Shown here: in pieces, positions 1 through 8,595 of the stretch | Numbering within the stretch: position 1 is the first letter of the stretch | Layout of the letters: each line of letters begins with the position of its first letter | IMG/VR virus record: IMGVR_UViG_3300045996_000640 | Span: 1-51,875 of that record | Reading direction: 5' to 3' (one strand) | DNA: 51,875 nt | Origin: a virus | Lineage: Duplodnaviria; Caudoviricetes | The notes under the pieces: model-generated | The model's input: the letters and a program-made list of their open reading frames with translations, nothing else | The model's database searches: none | What the model was told of the DNA's origin: nothing | Program-made: the position numbers and the translations under genes

Positions 1-127
1 GTGCGGGAAGTGCGGGGCGGTGCGGCAGGATCGGCAAATCGGGCTCGAGGCGACGCTGGCCGAGTACGTGCAAACGCTGGTCGCGGTGTTTCGGGATGTG
101 CGGCGCGTGCTACGGGATGACGGCGTG
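1..127. repeat. Terminal overlap (copy 1) identical to 51749-51875; circular contig
   Basis: Exact 127-bp match between the two ends; an ORF reads in frame across the junction. Confidence 0.97.
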
Positions 128-895
128 CTCTGGTTGAACTTGGGCGATAGCTACGCCAACGATACGAAATGGGGCGGTTCGAGCGGCGGCAAGCACGTTT
201 CGGCGCTGCACGGCGAATCGGGCATCGGCCGCGGCAAGAAAGATACGGGGCTAAAGGGTAAAGACCTCATGATGGTTCCGGCGCGGGTGGCGCTGGCGCT
301 GCAGGATGACGGCTGGTATCTGCGCTCGGACGTGATCTGGCACAAGCCGAATCCGATGCCGGAGAGCGTGACCGATCGGCCGACCTCGGCGCATGAGCAT
401 ATCTACCTGCTCACGAAGCGCAGCCGGTACTACTACGACGCCGACGCGATCCGGGAACCGCATACCAGCAAGGAACAATTCGAGAAGTCATGGGGCGGCG
501 CAGTTCCCCATTGGACCGAGCGACCGAACAACGGGGAAACAGGTCGGCCCGGTGGCGGCATCTACGCGATGGGCTTTGCCGAAGGCGGGCGGAATTGCCG
601 GAACGTGTGGACGATGGCGACCGCGCCGTACAAGGAAGCGCATTTTGCGACGTTTCCGCCTGAGCTACCGAGGCGCTGCATCCTGGCGGGATCGAAACCG
701 GGCGATACCGTGCTCGATCCGTTTGCGGGCGCGGGTACTGCGCTATTGGTCGCAGATCAATTGGGCCGGGATGCGATCGGCGTCGAGCTCAACCCGGAAT
801 ACGCGGCGCTGATCGAGCGGCGGGTAAAAGACAACGCGCCGATGTTCGTTGAAATCGAAACGGTACCGATGCCGGTACAAGCGGGGCTGCTATGA
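1..895 (+). CDS. DNA methyltransferase (N4-C/N6-A, beta class), 3' part; gene starts at 51483 across the circular junction
   Basis: LRDDGVLWLNLGDSY, WHKPNPMPESV, HFATFP, and motif I DPFAGAGT; motif IV TSPPY is in the 51483 part. Confidence 0.93.
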   Translation, partial: CGKCGAVRQDRQIGLEATLAEYVQTLVAVFRDVRRVLRDDGVLWLNLGDSYANDTKWGGSSGGKHVSALHGESGIGRGKKDTGLKGKDLMMVPARVALALQDDGWYLRSDVIWHKPNPMPESVTDRPTSAHEHIYLLTKRSRYYYDADAIREPHTSKEQFEKSWGGAVPHWTERPNNGETGRPGGGIYAMGFAEGGRNCRNVWTMATAPYKEAHFATFPPELPRRCILAGSKPGDTVLDPFAGAGTALLVADQLGRDAIGVELNPEYAALIERRVKDNAPMFVEIETVPMPVQAGLL

Positions 896-2520
896 GCGCA
901 CATGTGATACAGGGCGATTGCGTGCGCCTCATGGGCGTATGGATGCCGCCGAACAGCGTTGACGCGATCGTGACCGATCCGCCGTACGGGATCGAATTCA
1001 TGGGCCGCGAATGGGATCGAGCCGGAACCGGCATCGCTATGCAGCGATGGCATGAGCGTTGGGCGATCGAAGCGTATCGCGTATTGAAACCGGGCGGGCA
1101 TTTGCTCGCGTTCGGCGGTACCCGTACCTATCATCGGCTGGCGTGCGCGCTCGAGGATGCCGGATTCGAGATACGCGATTGCCTTTCATGGTTGTACGGT
1201 TCCGGGTTTCCGAAATCGCACGATATCAGTAAGGCGATCGACAAGGCGAACGGGCGATGTTTCGAAGATCGCTACGCGCTCGGGCGGCATATACGCGAAC
1301 GCCGCGAGGCGTTGGGGTTGACGTGCGCGGATGTGAATTCCTGGTTTGGGTATCGTGACGGTTGCCAGCATTGGGAGCGGCAAGACGCGAGCGGCGCGCG
1401 CGTGCCGACGCTTGCCGATTGGAACATACTCGCGGATCGTTTGGCGCTGTCTGACGAATGGGCCGAACTGGTCGAACGGGTAGAAGCGGAACGCGAGGTC
1501 ATTGGAGAAACAAGACGAGGCGCGCAAGTGGAATCAACTGGACGATATGGCGCGTGGGGTGACGGCATCACGCCGACCGCGCCCGCAACCGCCGAGGCCG
1601 CCGAGTGGGCCGGTTGGGGTACGGCGCTAAAGCCCGCATGGGAACCGATCATCCTTGCGCGCAAGCCGATCATGCGAAACACGGTCGCGCAGAACGTGCA
1701 GGCGTTCGGCACGGGCGCGCTCAACATCGACGGCTGCCGGATTGGGTTCGCATCCTCCAGCGATATCGCTCAATCTGAGGGCAAAAATCAGCATAGCGGG
1801 TACCGGAATCCGAACAGCAATCGGGATTCGTATTCGGGCGAATTCGGGCCGCGTGTGAATTACGACGGCGGCGCGGGCCGGTGGCCTGCAAACCTGGTGC
1901 TCGATACCGAGGCGGCGGCGATGCTGGACGCGCAAAGCGGCGACCGTCCGGTATCGGGATCGGCGCGCAACGGCCGCCCGGCAACCGGAAATGACTACGA
2001 CCAATCGAAAACGGTCTACGGCATCGGGTTCGGGTCGATTCAGGGCGCGCTATACGATGACGCGGGCGGCGCGTCGCGATTCTTTTACGTACCGAAGGCG
2101 AGCCGCGAGGAACGGAACGCCGGGCTCGCCGGTATGGCTGAGCGCAAACCGCACGCCGACGAACCGAACGGCCGCGCGTGGGATATACCCGGCAGCCATT
2201 CGACGCCGCGCGCAAATCATCATCCGACCGTAAAACCCGTCGAGCTCATGCGATGGCTCATACGCCTTATCACGCCGCCTGGCGGCATCGTGCTCGATCC
2301 GTTCAACGGTTCCGGCAGTACCGGATGCGCGGCGGCCGCTGAGGGCGTCGCGTATATTGGGCTCGAGCTCGACGCCGACTATTGCGAGATTTCCCGACGG
2401 CGTATCGCCTGGTGGATGCGCGAGGCCGAAATCGAGCGGCAGCAACTACGAATGTTTGCGGTCGAGGAAGTACCTACGATCGCGGCAGATACGAAAATGC
2501 AGGCGTTGAGCCTGTTTTAG
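892..2520 (+). CDS. DNA methyltransferase (N6-A/N4-C, beta class) with an inserted XRE-like HTH
   Basis: TDPPY, VLKPGG, HPTVKP, DPFNGSGST; internal LGRHIRERREALGLT...WE...P HTH-like segment. Confidence 0.93.
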   Translation: MSAHVIQGDCVRLMGVWMPPNSVDAIVTDPPYGIEFMGREWDRAGTGIAMQRWHERWAIEAYRVLKPGGHLLAFGGTRTYHRLACALEDAGFEIRDCLSWLYGSGFPKSHDISKAIDKANGRCFEDRYALGRHIRERREALGLTCADVNSWFGYRDGCQHWERQDASGARVPTLADWNILADRLALSDEWAELVERVEAEREVIGETRRGAQVESTGRYGAWGDGITPTAPATAEAAEWAGWGTALKPAWEPIILARKPIMRNTVAQNVQAFGTGALNIDGCRIGFASSSDIAQSEGKNQHSGYRNPNSNRDSYSGEFGPRVNYDGGAGRWPANLVLDTEAAAMLDAQSGDRPVSGSARNGRPATGNDYDQSKTVYGIGFGSIQGALYDDAGGASRFFYVPKASREERNAGLAGMAERKPHADEPNGRAWDIPGSHSTPRANHHPTVKPVELMRWLIRLITPPGGIVLDPFNGSGSTGCAAAAEGVAYIGLELDADYCEISRRRIAWWMREAEIERQQLRMFAVEEVPTIAADTKMQALSLF

Positions 2521-2533
2521 AAAGGGTTCAGGA

Positions 2534-2851
2534 ATGGGATTCCAAACAAACCGGATGCTACTCACGTTCGCGGTTGCGTGTATCGCCGTGCTTGCGGCGA
2601 GTTACGCGATCGGCAATGCGAACGATTACAACCCGCCTGCCGCGCCTGGCGCTGAGGGCACGGTAACGCTGCCGACGCCATGCACCGAAGCTAACCCGTG
2701 CGAGCCAATCGAAACGCCGACGGCCGAGCCAACCGCGACGGTTGATCCGGTCGGATTTATCACGCCGGTTCCGGTGGGCGATACCCTGGTAATCGAAATG
2801 CCCAGCACGGGCACGGGATCGACCGCTCGCACGTTCGTACCCTGGCAATGA
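2534..2851 (+). CDS. Exported Pro/Thr-rich protein with LPxTG-like MPSTG motif
   Basis: Hydrophobic N-terminal signal, PT-rich linker, MPSTGTG near the C-terminus; GGGTTCAG start motif. Confidence 0.75.
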   Translation: MGFQTNRMLLTFAVACIAVLAASYAIGNANDYNPPAAPGAEGTVTLPTPCTEANPCEPIETPTAEPTATVDPVGFITPVPVGDTLVIEMPSTGTGSTARTFVPWQ

Positions 2852-3057
2852 GCGCCGATTATTTCGCCGAGCGCATCGCCGATAGCCTGGTCGATCTGGT
2901 GCGCGAGGCAGGCGACGCAAACGAAATCGCCCGCGAGCAAAACGCGCTACTCAAACGAATTGCGCTCGCGGCTGAGGAATCCGCGCGCAATAATCCGTTG
3001 CGGCAGATCAACGACATTCTCGCGGCAACCGCGCCCGAGGAAACGATAGGCCGATAG
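2848..3057 (+). CDS. Hypothetical protein
   Basis: ATGA overlap with the upstream stop. Confidence 0.7.
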   Translation: MSADYFAERIADSLVDLVREAGDANEIAREQNALLKRIALAAEESARNNPLRQINDILAATAPEETIGR

Positions 3058-3075
3058 GCCGAAAGGGTTCAGAGG

Positions 3076-3378
3076 ATGCGCGCAACCTGCACGATGTACG
3101 TAACAGCACGCGGCGGGATACGCTGCACGAAAACGCGCGGCAAGGTCAATCCTGGCGAGGTCGCATTCGATGTGGAAGTATTCATACCGCAATCGGTATT
3201 TATCGAGCCGCATCGAAAAATCACGGTGCAGGTTCCCGGATCGAACGCCGCGCCGGTCGAAATCGAGGCAACCGCGTTCGAAGTTTGGGCCGACGATGGC
3301 GGGCCGTGCGATCCCGAGCCCGAGGCGGAAACGTATGCCGATCGCTATATGCGAAATCAGATCGGCGCGGGTAATTAG
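3076..3378 (+). CDS. Hypothetical protein
   Basis: GAAAGGGTTCAG upstream of ATG. Confidence 0.75.
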   Translation: MRATCTMYVTARGGIRCTKTRGKVNPGEVAFDVEVFIPQSVFIEPHRKITVQVPGSNAAPVEIEATAFEVWADDGGPCDPEPEAETYADRYMRNQIGAGN

Positions 3379-3381
3379 CGA

Positions 3382-3741
3382 ATGAGTGACGACGAAACGC
3401 GCGCCGGATTCTATCGCTCGATCTACGAAGGATCGAAGGCGGTCGACGCGCGTTTCGCGCCGCTATCCGAACGCATGGGCGCGATCATCGCCGAAATCGT
3501 CGGCAACCGCACGATAACCCAGGCGGATTACGGGCCGATCATGGCGCGCCTCGATCGCGAGCTCGGCAAGCTCTACCCGGAATCGCCGGGCGCGCCGTCC
3601 GTGCTCGAGGCTGACATTGTGACCATGAGCCGACGCGGCGGCGCGCGTGCCGTGAAATCCGCAATCGCGCCGATCATGCGCACGGTGAATCGCAAGGATC
3701 CCGAGCTCGGAGAGGAAATCCGAAATGCCGATTCCGGGTGA
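3382..3741 (+). CDS. Hypothetical helical protein, possibly the N-terminal part of a split MuF/head morphogenesis protein
   Basis: Tightly packed ORF upstream of MuF; role inferred from position only. Confidence 0.65.
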   Translation: MSDDETRAGFYRSIYEGSKAVDARFAPLSERMGAIIAEIVGNRTITQADYGPIMARLDRELGKLYPESPGAPSVLEADIVTMSRRGGARAVKSAIAPIMRTVNRKDPELGEEIRNADSG

Positions 3742-3949
3742 AAAGATTTGGGCGGTCGATACGTACGAGGTCACGATGCGCAGCTACGATGTGCGCGCCG
3801 CTACCCGCGATGAGGCCGAGGATATCGCCGATCGGTTAAGGAACGGCAAGCGCAGCCGCAAGGCCGTGTACCTGGGCAAGAATAGATTCGATATGGATCA
3901 AAGCTACAACGTGCGCGAGGTTGAGGAATCCGATGCCGATTCCCGCTGA
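3725..3949 (+). CDS. Hypothetical protein
   Basis: GAGG RBS; overlapping junction nearly identical to the next gene's junction. Confidence 0.7.
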   Translation: MPIPGEKIWAVDTYEVTMRSYDVRAATRDEAEDIADRLRNGKRSRKAVYLGKNRFDMDQSYNVREVEESDADSR

Positions 3950-5426
3950 TCTGGACATTGCCGACATATTCAACATGCACCATAGCCCGATCGCCCAGGC
4001 GGCGCGACGCGAGCGCGCGACGTTTTTCGACGATACGCGCACATGGGTCGATCCGAACGGGTACAGGCTGAGCGATCGCCTATGGCGGCAGCGGGCCGAT
4101 CTGCGGCGCGAGCTCGACAACATGGTACGCGAGGCGATCGGGCGCGGCGACGATGGGCTAAAGGTCGCGAATGATATCGAGCGGTACCTCAATCCGCGCT
4201 ATGCGCCGACACGTAACGCAAAAGGCAAGATCATACGCGACGGCCGAAAAGGCGTGCTCACGGCGAAACCGCGCAGCGGTACGGGGTCATACCCGGCGCG
4301 TCGCCTCATGCGAACCGAGATTACGCGCGCGCATGGCGTCGCAACGCAAGCGGTAGCGCGCAAGCTCGGCACGGCGTTGCGCTGGCGGCTGAGCGGATCG
4401 CATCCGAAAACGGATCGATGCGACGCGAAAGCGAGCGGCGGATCGCGTGGGCTGCCGCCTGGCACGCCCGACGGTGTATACAAGCTCGCCGATTTCCCGG
4501 CATACCCGGATCATCCTCAATGCTTATGCCATATTCAGCACTACACGATACAGGGCGATAACGAGCTAGTCGCGCGGTTGCGGGTCGATTACGGGCTCGC
4601 CTCGGCTGAGGAAACGGCGAATTTCTCGCGGGTATTCAATCAGGCGAGCCGGATGCGATCGCGCGGGCAAGCCGTTCCCGATAGCATGTTCGCGCCCGAT
4701 ATCTTGCGTGCGCCCAGGATCGCCGAGGTTCCGCGCGCGCCCGCATGGAAACCGGCAATGTCACGCGCTGAGGCCGATCGATGGGCGGCCGGTTCGATCG
4801 ACGATCGGGTATTCGCCCACGCGACGCGCGCCGAGAATTACGAATCGCTCGCGGCTGAGGGCTGGAACCTCGAGCGGCAATCATTCGGCCGCCTGTTCGG
4901 CGACGGCGTGTATATGACCAATTCCGAAACCCTGGTCACGGGATACGCCGATATGATCGCCGGGGCGGGCAATCCCGCGCGAGTCTTGCGCACACGGGTA
5001 AACATTCGAACGAAATTGCAATTCGACGATGCCGAAACGATCAACGGCGCTCATATGTGGGGAACGTTTCAAATGCGCGAGCGCGCGATCGGCGCGGCCG
5101 ATTGGGAGGCATTCGACGCGATATCGCTCGAAATCCGTACGGCGCATGAGGCAGGCGAACAGGCATACGCCCAATTTTGGGAGGCGAGAAACGCGCGCCT
5201 GAAAGCCGAGAACTTCGGATTCGCGCCGAAAGGTCCGGTACCGCTTACCGAGGCCGAGCGCGCGACTATGGCGGAAATTCAAGCCGGGCGGATATCCGAT
5301 CCCGATGCGCAGATAATGACGCGCTGGGCAAACGAGCAAGGCATCGACGCATTCGAGCTAGTCGGCGGGCCGCAGCCGCAGATCGTGGTATTCGATCCGC
5401 AGCGTGTAACGATTTTGGAGGACTAA
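3933..5426 (+). CDS. MuF/SPP1-gp7-like minor head protein with C-terminal ADP-ribosyltransferase-like (ART-PolyVal-type) domain
   Basis: MuF motifs ARRLMRTE, RWRLS..H...D.CD, P.HPQCLC; C-terminal HAT...FGDGVYMT...GYA...GIDAF...QIVVFDP. Confidence 0.85.
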   Translation: MPIPADLDIADIFNMHHSPIAQAARRERATFFDDTRTWVDPNGYRLSDRLWRQRADLRRELDNMVREAIGRGDDGLKVANDIERYLNPRYAPTRNAKGKIIRDGRKGVLTAKPRSGTGSYPARRLMRTEITRAHGVATQAVARKLGTALRWRLSGSHPKTDRCDAKASGGSRGLPPGTPDGVYKLADFPAYPDHPQCLCHIQHYTIQGDNELVARLRVDYGLASAEETANFSRVFNQASRMRSRGQAVPDSMFAPDILRAPRIAEVPRAPAWKPAMSRAEADRWAAGSIDDRVFAHATRAENYESLAAEGWNLERQSFGRLFGDGVYMTNSETLVTGYADMIAGAGNPARVLRTRVNIRTKLQFDDAETINGAHMWGTFQMRERAIGAADWEAFDAISLEIRTAHEAGEQAYAQFWEARNARLKAENFGFAPKGPVPLTEAERATMAEIQAGRISDPDAQIMTRWANEQGIDAFELVGGPQPQIVVFDPQRVTILED

Positions 5427-5660
5427 ATGCCGCGCTCATTCATGCCGGGCATGATTCCCGGTTGCAACTACTGCCGCCATAGTAACGACGATGGCACATG
5501 CGCCGCATACCCGGCCGGAATCCCGTACGCGATCAACACGGGTGATGTTCCGCATACCGTGCCGTTGCCGGGCGATCATGGCATCCAATTCGAGCCGCAG
5601 CCGATACCGGGATTGACCGCCCAGGAATACGCGGCAACGCTCGCGACCGTTGACGAATAG
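5427..5660 (+). CDS. Small Cys/His protein, candidate ART partner or immunity protein
   Basis: CxxCxH...CxAYPxGIP...H..P.PGDHGIQFEP; starts immediately after the MuF-ART stop. Confidence 0.8.
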   Translation: MPRSFMPGMIPGCNYCRHSNDDGTCAAYPAGIPYAINTGDVPHTVPLPGDHGIQFEPQPIPGLTAQEYAATLATVDE

Positions 5661-5678
5661 CGCATACGGGTTTACCAT
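5650..5678 (+). promoter_or_regulatory. Sigma70-like promoter P1
   Basis: TTGACG-N17-TACCAT, followed by hairpin 5686-5703 and GGGTTCAG. Confidence 0.65.
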
Positions 5679-5714
5679 GCAATGAGCGCGCCGCCTGGCG
5701 CGTACGGGTTCAGA

Positions 5715-6305
5715 TTGGAGCAAGCCATGCGAACGGAAAACACGGTAACGATCGATTTCCTGGTACCGCCCGAGCGAGCGCGGGAATACGCCGAACGTCT
5801 TACCGCGCTGGTCGCCGAAATGCACGCCGAGGGCGGTTCGCACGAACGTATAAGCTCGATTGTTTGCGGGCTGCTCAGCGATGACGAATTGCGCGAGGTC
5901 GAATCGGCCGCAATCGAGGCCGCACATATCGCCGAGGCGATCGCGGATGCGGCAGCGCCGACGCCGCCAAATCTCGAGCTCATGGCGCGCATGGAATCGC
6001 TCGGCATCGCGATCGATACTGCCGCGTTGTCGGCGCACAAGCTCGCGAGCGCCGACGCCGACGCCGCCCGCAAGATCGCCGAGCATTTCCTCGCGTATCT
6101 CGCCGAAACCGATCAAATCATCGTATCGCGCTACGCGCTCGCGATCCTGGCGGCATGGGCCGAATTCGGCAAGGCGTGCGAACTGCGCGCGTATGGTCGC
6201 GGCAAGGTTTCCGGCAAATGGATCGAGGCGAACGCGCCCGATTGCTCATACCTGCAATCGTTCGACGGGCTGAGCCTGTACGATCATGCCAGCATCGAAC
6301 CCTAA
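5715..6305 (+). CDS. Hypothetical protein (TTG 5715 or ATG 5727 start)
   Basis: In-frame TTG 1 nt after GGGTTCAG; long ORF ending before a terminator. Confidence 0.75.
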   Translation: MEQAMRTENTVTIDFLVPPERAREYAERLTALVAEMHAEGGSHERISSIVCGLLSDDELREVESAAIEAAHIAEAIADAAAPTPPNLELMARMESLGIAIDTAALSAHKLASADADAARKIAEHFLAYLAETDQIIVSRYALAILAAWAEFGKACELRAYGRGKVSGKWIEANAPDCSYLQSFDGLSLYDHASIEP

Positions 6306-6342
6306 TCCTCGCGCCCGGTAGGCTGGGCGCTGCTTACTCCCA

Positions 6343-6380
6343 AGAAACCCGGCCGTTTCCCAATTGGCGGCCGGGTTTCT
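6343..6380 (+). terminator. Intrinsic terminator, GAAACCCGGCCG family
   Basis: AGAAACCCGGCCG...CGGCCGGGTTTCT inverted repeat; same stem at 7145 and 34639. Confidence 0.8.
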
Positions 6381-6400
6381 CATTGCCGAAATATTCATGC

Positions 6401-6430
6401 TTGACACGCGGTACCGATCGGGTGTACAAT
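6401..6430 (+). promoter_or_regulatory. Sigma70-like promoter P2
   Basis: TTGACA-CGCGGTACCGATCGGGTG-TACAAT (18-bp spacer). Confidence 0.85.
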
Positions 6431-6481
6431 GCGTATACGCGGTTGAGCAATCGGGCTCGACCAAACGAAAGGGGTTCAGAA

Positions 6482-6766
6482 ATGGCAAGCGCGATCGTTT
6501 CCGTCGAGTACAAGGCCGAGCGCAAGATCGGATCGGGCTTGCCGGTCGGCGGCGCGTACGTCGAAACCTGGATTCGCGGCGAGCGCGAGGGCGTCGAGAA
6601 CCGCGATTCGCGGCAGGCGCGCGTTGAGGTCGAAGGCTACAAGGCGTCGGCCGCCCGCAACGGCGCTGCTCATTGCGTCGTGACCGAGGATTCGTACACG
6701 GGTCGGATCGTGGTCGATCTGCCGGGCGCGCTCGATCTGCGGTACGTCTACTTTCTGCCGGTATAA
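6482..6766 (+). CDS. Hypothetical early protein
   Basis: First gene after P2; GAAAGGGGTTCAG start motif. Confidence 0.8.
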   Translation: MASAIVSVEYKAERKIGSGLPVGGAYVETWIRGEREGVENRDSRQARVEVEGYKASAARNGAAHCVVTEDSYTGRIVVDLPGALDLRYVYFLPV

Positions 6767-6781
6767 CCGGCACAGGCACAG

Positions 6782-6827
6782 GCGGGCGGCGATCGTGCCG
6801 CCCGCATCGATCAACGAAAGGGTTCAG
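6782..6827. repeat. 46-bp intergenic hairpin+start-motif element, near-identical to 39634-39679
   Basis: GCGGGCGGCGATCGTGCCG...TCGATCAACGAAAGGGTTCAG at both sites. Confidence 0.85.
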
Positions 6828-6830
6828 GCA

Positions 6831-7082
6831 ATGGCATTCGGATATTTCCCAAACGACGAAGATATGCCGAGCAATTTCGAGGCCGACGAATGCGATGCCG
6901 AATGTATCGCTGAGGGTGAGGCGGAATACCGGGCGGTCAACGCTGAGGCGGCCGATCAGCGCGCGGCCGAAGCCGCCGAGGCATACGCCGATCGGGCGCT
7001 CGACTATCTGGCGAAAACATTTCCGAGCCTCGCCGCTGAGCCGTTCGGCGCGCTGGCGATCGGTGACGATTTCCCATACTAG
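6831..7082 (+). CDS. Small highly acidic protein ending DDFPY
   Basis: Start motif; D/E-rich. Confidence 0.8.
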   Translation: MAFGYFPNDEDMPSNFEADECDAECIAEGEAEYRAVNAEAADQRAAEAAEAYADRALDYLAKTFPSLAAEPFGALAIGDDFPY

Positions 7083-7144
7083 GCTGCTCGATCCGCTAGA
7101 CTGATTCCGTACCCGTCTTTCGTCCAGCGGGTACCCCTCAACCC

Positions 7145-7180
7145 GAAACCCGGCCGCGCACACCGGCCGGGTTTCTCTTA
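7145..7180 (+). terminator. Intrinsic terminator, GAAACCCGGCCG family
   Basis: GAAACCCGGCCG-loop-CGGCCGGGTTTC followed by pyrimidine tail. Confidence 0.8.
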
Positions 7181-7189
7181 TTCCCATAC

Positions 7190-7219
7190 TTGACACGCGG
7201 TACCGATCGGGTGTATGAT
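7190..7219 (+). promoter_or_regulatory. Sigma70-like promoter P3
   Basis: TTGACA-CGCGGTACCGATCGGGTG-TATGAT. Confidence 0.85.
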
Positions 7220-7271
7220 CCTGTCAACGGGTTGGGCGATGGGCTCGACCGAAGCGAGAAGGGTTCAGACA

Positions 7272-7550
7272 ATGGCAATCTCGAACGGGCGCGTAGTGGT
7301 CAACCTCGATCGCAGCCGAACGGAAATCAAGGTCGGCGATCGTTTCATGCAGCGCGGCGTGTACGGATCGAACCTCAACGGTACCGAGGTCGAGGTTGTC
7401 TCGATCGAGAACAACGGCGGCGACGCCTGGAACGTTCCGGTTTCGTACCGCAGCAACGGCCGCGTATGGACTGAGCGGGCCGCCGATATCGCGGTATGGA
7501 TCAACCGCAAAACCGACACCTACGCCGGGCCCGCATGGGATCGGATCTAA
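7272..7550 (+). CDS. Hypothetical early protein
   Basis: First gene after P3; start motif at 7261. Confidence 0.8.
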   Translation: MAISNGRVVVNLDRSRTEIKVGDRFMQRGVYGSNLNGTEVEVVSIENNGGDAWNVPVSYRSNGRVWTERAADIAVWINRKTDTYAGPAWDRI

Positions 7551-7558
7551 CAAGCTCA

Positions 7559-7584
7559 GCCGCCCGGCGCGTGTGCCGGGCGGC
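7559..7584. repeat. Intergenic GCCGCCCGGC/GCCGGGCGGC hairpin
   Basis: Same stem at 29094, 29963 and 33947. Confidence 0.85.
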
Positions 7585-7608
7585 GTTCGAATTCGAAAGG
7601 GGTTCAGG

Positions 7609-8052
7609 ATGACAACCGAGAACAGAATCGCCGATACGATCAGCGATATTCGCAGGCTCGACGCGCGAAAGGAATCATGGGGCGCGGCCGAGCTCGAATT
7701 GCTGGCGATGCTCGCACAGCAATTGGTAAACCTGGCGGAACGGGCAACCGACGAATTGGCGGCCGTTCCCGTCGATCACGCCCAGGAAGCGCAGCGGTTG
7801 CGCTCATTCGATGCGCCGCTCGCCGATCATGTCGCATACGGCGGCGATGCGTGCCGCGTGACAATCGATCCGGCCGCAACCTACATCGAAACATTCGCGG
7901 CGATCGAGGCGATCGAGAATGAGATACGCGAGCTCGATCCCGCGCGCGGCGACGAACTAATCGCTCAGGCGCGCGATCTGGTACGCATGGGAATGCGCAC
8001 GACGATCGAGGCGCTCGAAATGGCACGCGAGCGCGCAAGGATGGGATACTGA
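7609..8052 (+). CDS. Hypothetical helical protein
   Basis: Start motif at 7600. Confidence 0.8.
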   Translation: MTTENRIADTISDIRRLDARKESWGAAELELLAMLAQQLVNLAERATDELAAVPVDHAQEAQRLRSFDAPLADHVAYGGDACRVTIDPAATYIETFAAIEAIENEIRELDPARGDELIAQARDLVRMGMRTTIEALEMARERARMGY

Positions 8053-8096
8053 TAGGCGCGCAATCGTGCGCGATCGTTTACGGAAAGGCGAAACCG

Positions 8097-8327
8097 ATGC
8101 CGAAGAACGAAAAGGCCGAGGCCGCGAGCTCGAAACCGAATCGCGGGCAAGATGAAATCTTGCACACCGTCACTACGCCGACGGGCGAAACGATTCAGGT
8201 AACACAGCGGGATTGGAAGGAAAACTATCGAGGCGTCGAGGGGTATACCCGCAACGATGCCGAAAACGAGCCCGAGGCCGTGCCAGCGGTCGAGGATGAC
8301 GGCGAAGGATCCGCGCCGCCCGCGTAG
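8097..8327 (+). CDS. Small acidic hypothetical protein
   Basis: GGAAAGG RBS; ends before a strong terminator. Confidence 0.75.
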   Translation: MPKNEKAEAASSKPNRGQDEILHTVTTPTGETIQVTQRDWKENYRGVEGYTRNDAENEPEAVPAVEDDGEGSAPPA

Positions 8328-8349
8328 GATCGCCCAGGACGAACGAAAT

Positions 8350-8386
8350 AAACCGCGTAGGGGTAAAACCCTACGCGGTTTTGTTG
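8350..8386 (+). terminator. Intrinsic terminator
   Basis: AAACCGCGTAGGG-loop-CCCTACGCGGTTT plus T-rich tail. Confidence 0.85.
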
Positions 8387-8461
8387 TGCGCCGCTCGCGG
8401 CCAAACGGGCGGCGCACGGGTCGAGGCTGAGCGCCGCCGCAAGTGTAACCGGCCGGTTTTG

Positions 8462-8490
8462 TTGCGAGCGTACGGTTTTTCCGTTACATT
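8462..8490 (+). promoter_or_regulatory. Putative promoter of the capsid/tail operon
   Basis: TTGCGA-N17-TACATT between the terminator and the scaffold gene. Confidence 0.5.
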
Positions 8491-8595
8491 GCAAGCAATG
8501 GGCCGCGTTCGCGTGCGCCTCATGCGGTACGGCGGCCGCTCAACGCCGGGCGAACGGGTCGCACATACCCGGCACGCGCCGCGCTCGCGGCGAGG

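Noticed and set aside
1-2520. Restriction-modification system
   Set aside because: No adjacent endonuclease; the only PD-(D/E)xK protein is a distant VRR-NUC typical of phage recombination
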